A stretch of DNA of 64,000 bases from Thermoleophilaceae bacterium. Its GTDB lineage: Bacteria > Actinomycetota > Thermoleophilia > Solirubrobacterales > Thermoleophilaceae. Positions 61,846 to 64,000 of the stretch are shown here, one piece after another; the stretch's first letter is position 1; each line of letters begins with the position of its first letter. The notes beneath the pieces are model-generated. The model saw only the letters and a list, made by a program, of their open reading frames with translations, did not search any database and was not told the origin of the DNA. The DNA is taken from assembly GCA_030446485.1 (NCBI GenBank), contig JAUJNF010000001.1, positions 194,018 through 258,017 on the forward strand, read 5' to 3'. Both the position numbers and the translations under genes were made by a program.

Positions 61846-63045
61846 TCAGTCCGTTCGCACCACCCGCGCGTCGACCCGGGCAAGCTCGCGGTAGGCGCCC
61901 GCCACCTGCCGGGCCACGTCGGCCCAGTCGAAGGTGAGCACGTGCTCGGAGGCCTCGGCCACCATCCGGTCGCGCAGCTCGGCATCGGTGAGCAGCCGCT
62001 CCGCCATCGCGCCGAGCGAGCGCGGGTCACGCGAGCGGAAGCGCAGGCCGACAGACTCGTTCGGCACCACCTCCCGCAGGCCACCGGTGTCGGCGACGAG
62101 GCACGGGCAGCCGGAGGCCATGGCCTCGAGGGCCACCAGGCCGAAGGGCTCGTAGATCGACGGGACCACCGTCAGGTCCGCGATGCGGTAGAGCGAATGC
62201 AGCACGTCGTCGCCGATCCAGCCGAGGAACGTGCCGTGCTCGTCGAGGCCGAGCTGGGTGGCCTGCCCGCGCAGCTCCCGCTCGTGGGTGCCCGAGCCGG
62301 CGACGATGAAGCGCACGTTGCCGACTCGCTCGATCAGGCCGGGGAGGGCCTCGAGTGCCAGCTGGAAGCCCTTCTCGTACACCAGTCGGCCCACGAGCAG
62401 CACCAGGCGTTCGTCGGGCGCGGCGTACCGTGCCCGGAGCTCGTCGAGACGGGCCACGGGCACGAGCTCGGACGGGTCGATCCCGTTGCGGATCACCGTG
62501 ATGCGGCTCTCCTCGAGCCCGTAGACGTCGGCCACGTGGTCGCGCATATAGGCGGAGCAGGTGATCAGCCGGTCGGCGCGGTTGGCCATCCACCGCTCGA
62601 CACCGTGGATGTGAGACTGAGGATGCTTGTCCACCCATCCCTGATGCCGCCCGTACTCGGTGGCGTGGATGGTTACCGCCAGAGGGCAGCGGAAGCGCTT
62701 GGCGAGGTGGTCACCGGCCACGGCCACGAGCCAGTCGTGCCCGTGCACGACGTCGAACGAGTACTGGTCCCCGAGCTCGACGCCCGCGGCCAGCATGTCG
62801 GCGTTCATGTGCTCGACCCAGGTCACGAACTCGCCGAGCTCCCGCGGGCGCTTGGGCTCCCGAACGCGGTGCACCAGCACGCCGCCGCACTCCTCCTCCT
62901 CGGGCGACTCCTCCATCCCCCGCGTGAGCACGTGTACCTCCACATCGCGCCGGACCAGGTTCTCGGCCAGCTTGCGGACGTGACGCGCCAGGCCGCCCTC
63001 GATGAGGGGCGGGTACTCCCAGGAGAGGATGAGGACGCGGGTCAA
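61846..63045 (-). CDS. GT4 alpha-1,4-glucosyltransferase (glycogen synthase/Rv3032-like)
   Basis: MTRVLILSWEYPPLIEGGLARHV, and the EX7E region PSIYEPFGLVALEAMASG. Confidence 0.9.
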   Translation of the reverse strand: MTRVLILSWEYPPLIEGGLARHVRKLAENLVRRDVEVHVLTRGMEESPEEEECGGVLVHRVREPKRPRELGEFVTWVEHMNADMLAAGVELGDQYSFDVVHGHDWLVAVAGDHLAKRFRCPLAVTIHATEYGRHQGWVDKHPQSHIHGVERWMANRADRLITCSAYMRDHVADVYGLEESRITVIRNGIDPSELVPVARLDELRARYAAPDERLVLLVGRLVYEKGFQLALEALPGLIERVGNVRFIVAGSGTHERELRGQATQLGLDEHGTFLGWIGDDVLHSLYRIADLTVVPSIYEPFGLVALEAMASGCPCLVADTGGLREVVPNESVGLRFRSRDPRSLGAMAERLLTDAELRDRMVAEASEHVLTFDWADVARQVAGAYRELARVDARVVRTD

Positions 63046-63246
63046 GGCGCGGGCATCATGTCACGGTGGCCCGCGGGCGCCGGATCGCTCGCCGACCCGG
63101 CACACTGCCGGCGCGCCGGGTCACGCCGGCGCAGCGAGCGGCGCAGTGTCGAGGTCGGGTGCGAGCCCGCGGAGCCCCGGGGCGGCGGCGGGGCCGGCCA
63201 GCGCGGCGGCGTGGGCCGCCGCGTGGGCGGCCCCGCGGCGCTGCGG

Positions 63247-64000
63247 CTAGTCGTGGGCCAGCCGCGCCGACGTCAGGAACGCCCAGTCGCGTGCCTGGGT
63301 GCTCCGGCGCGCGCGGGCCGCGGCGGGCACCCCCCGCCGACCGCTCGTGGCCGCCGCCACGGTGGCAAGCTCTGCCCGGCGCGCCGTCCACGCTAGCTCG
63401 GCGACCGCCGGTGAGTCCCACGTGCTGAGGTCCTTGGGGATGCCCCAGCTGGACGCCGCGAGCGGGCGCTCGACCGCCTCGAAGCCCCGTGCGCCCTGCG
63501 GCAGCGTGGCCATCGGGAGGCCGCACGTCCGAGCCTCCTCGATCACCGCCTGAAGCCAGACCGGGCCCTCGTACCACCAGTGCCCGAGCAGCTCGGTGTC
63601 GAGCGCGCACGTGAGCAGGCCCGGACGGCCACGCTCTGCGCGGTAGGCGTCCAGCCGCCCGGCGACGTGGCGCACGAAGTCGCGCGCGTGCTCGCGCGCC
63701 AGCGCGACGGCGGCCTCGCGCCGGTACGGCTCCCCCTCGTTCGACCACGGCTTCAGGTCGTGCACCGTGCGTCCGTGGTAGTTGCGATAGGTCGGGTGGG
63801 AGGGGTAGCCCGCCGGGTCCCAGACGAGCCGGATCGTCTCCCAGTCGATCGGAAGCGCCAGCGGGCCGGCGGGCGTGGCCACGGGCTCGAGCTGCTCGGC
63901 CGACCCGAGGCCGAGCGCATCGGTCTGGTCGACGCAGAAGGCGCTGGTGCCGACCTCGGCCAGCAGGTACTCGAGGCCCGGCTCGTAGGCGCACTCCGGC
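63247..64000 (-). CDS. GH57-family 1,4-alpha-glucan branching-type enzyme (DUF1957 C-domain), 5' end beyond the right edge
   Basis: CALDTELLGHWWYEGPVWL. The frame stays open upstream of the track GTG to the window end (..PECAYEPGLEYLLAEVGTSAFCVDQTD..). Confidence 0.85.
   Translation of the reverse strand, partial: PECAYEPGLEYLLAEVGTSAFCVDQTDALGLGSAEQLEPVATPAGPLALPIDWETIRLVWDPAGYPSHPTYRNYHGRTVHDLKPWSNEGEPYRREAAVALAREHARDFVRHVAGRLDAYRAERGRPGLLTCALDTELLGHWWYEGPVWLQAVIEEARTCGLPMATLPQGARGFEAVERPLAASSWGIPKDLSTWDSPAVAELAWTARRAELATVAAATSGRRGVPAAARARRSTQARDWAFLTSARLAHD

Overview
High-GC, actinobacterial-type chromosomal segment. Most of it is housekeeping or accessory metabolism. The genes include a PHA cluster (phaB, class III phaC, a coupled small ORF and a phasin-like ORF), thiolase, GH31, pepA, RNase D, two haloalkane-dehalogenase paralogues and a DesA3-like desaturase/reductase/TetR module. 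There are also F420/flavin enzymes, two VapBC-like pairs, acyl-CoA dehydrogenase, meaB, a GAF-PAS-GGDEF-EAL protein and a GT4/GH57 glucan pair. A visibly less GC-rich block (about 19.3-34.9 kb) is a defence island. It holds an intact type I R-M operon (hsdM-hsdS-hsdR) and three decayed defence-gene remnants, including a second hsdR C-terminus. It also holds a GmrSD-type (DUF262-DUF1524) enzyme fused to RAMA and alkyltransferase-like domains, and a divergently transcribed cassette of a DUF262 protein with a degenerate nuclease motif plus a GGDEF cyclase. That cassette is the best candidate for an undescribed system. Three signals are absent from the ORF track. (1) A peroxiredoxin-like redoxin has an in-frame UGA at the first Cys of its CxxC motif, followed by a SECIS-like hairpin, so it is a candidate selenoprotein. 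(2) A ydaO-type (c-di-AMP) riboswitch lies upstream of an Rpf-like cell-wall hydrolase. (3) A GIY-YIG gene has no canonical start. The window also carries many ORF lesions: frameshifts, one TAG nonsense codon, and five genes whose conserved N-terminal motifs lie upstream of the first ATG/GTG/TTG. Several of these would be repaired by a single-base change in a short homopolymer run. Assembly indels therefore have to be excluded before pseudogenes or non-canonical initiation are claimed. I saw no rRNA, tRNA, CRISPR array, transposase or integrase. All family assignments come from motif recognition by eye, not from database searches.
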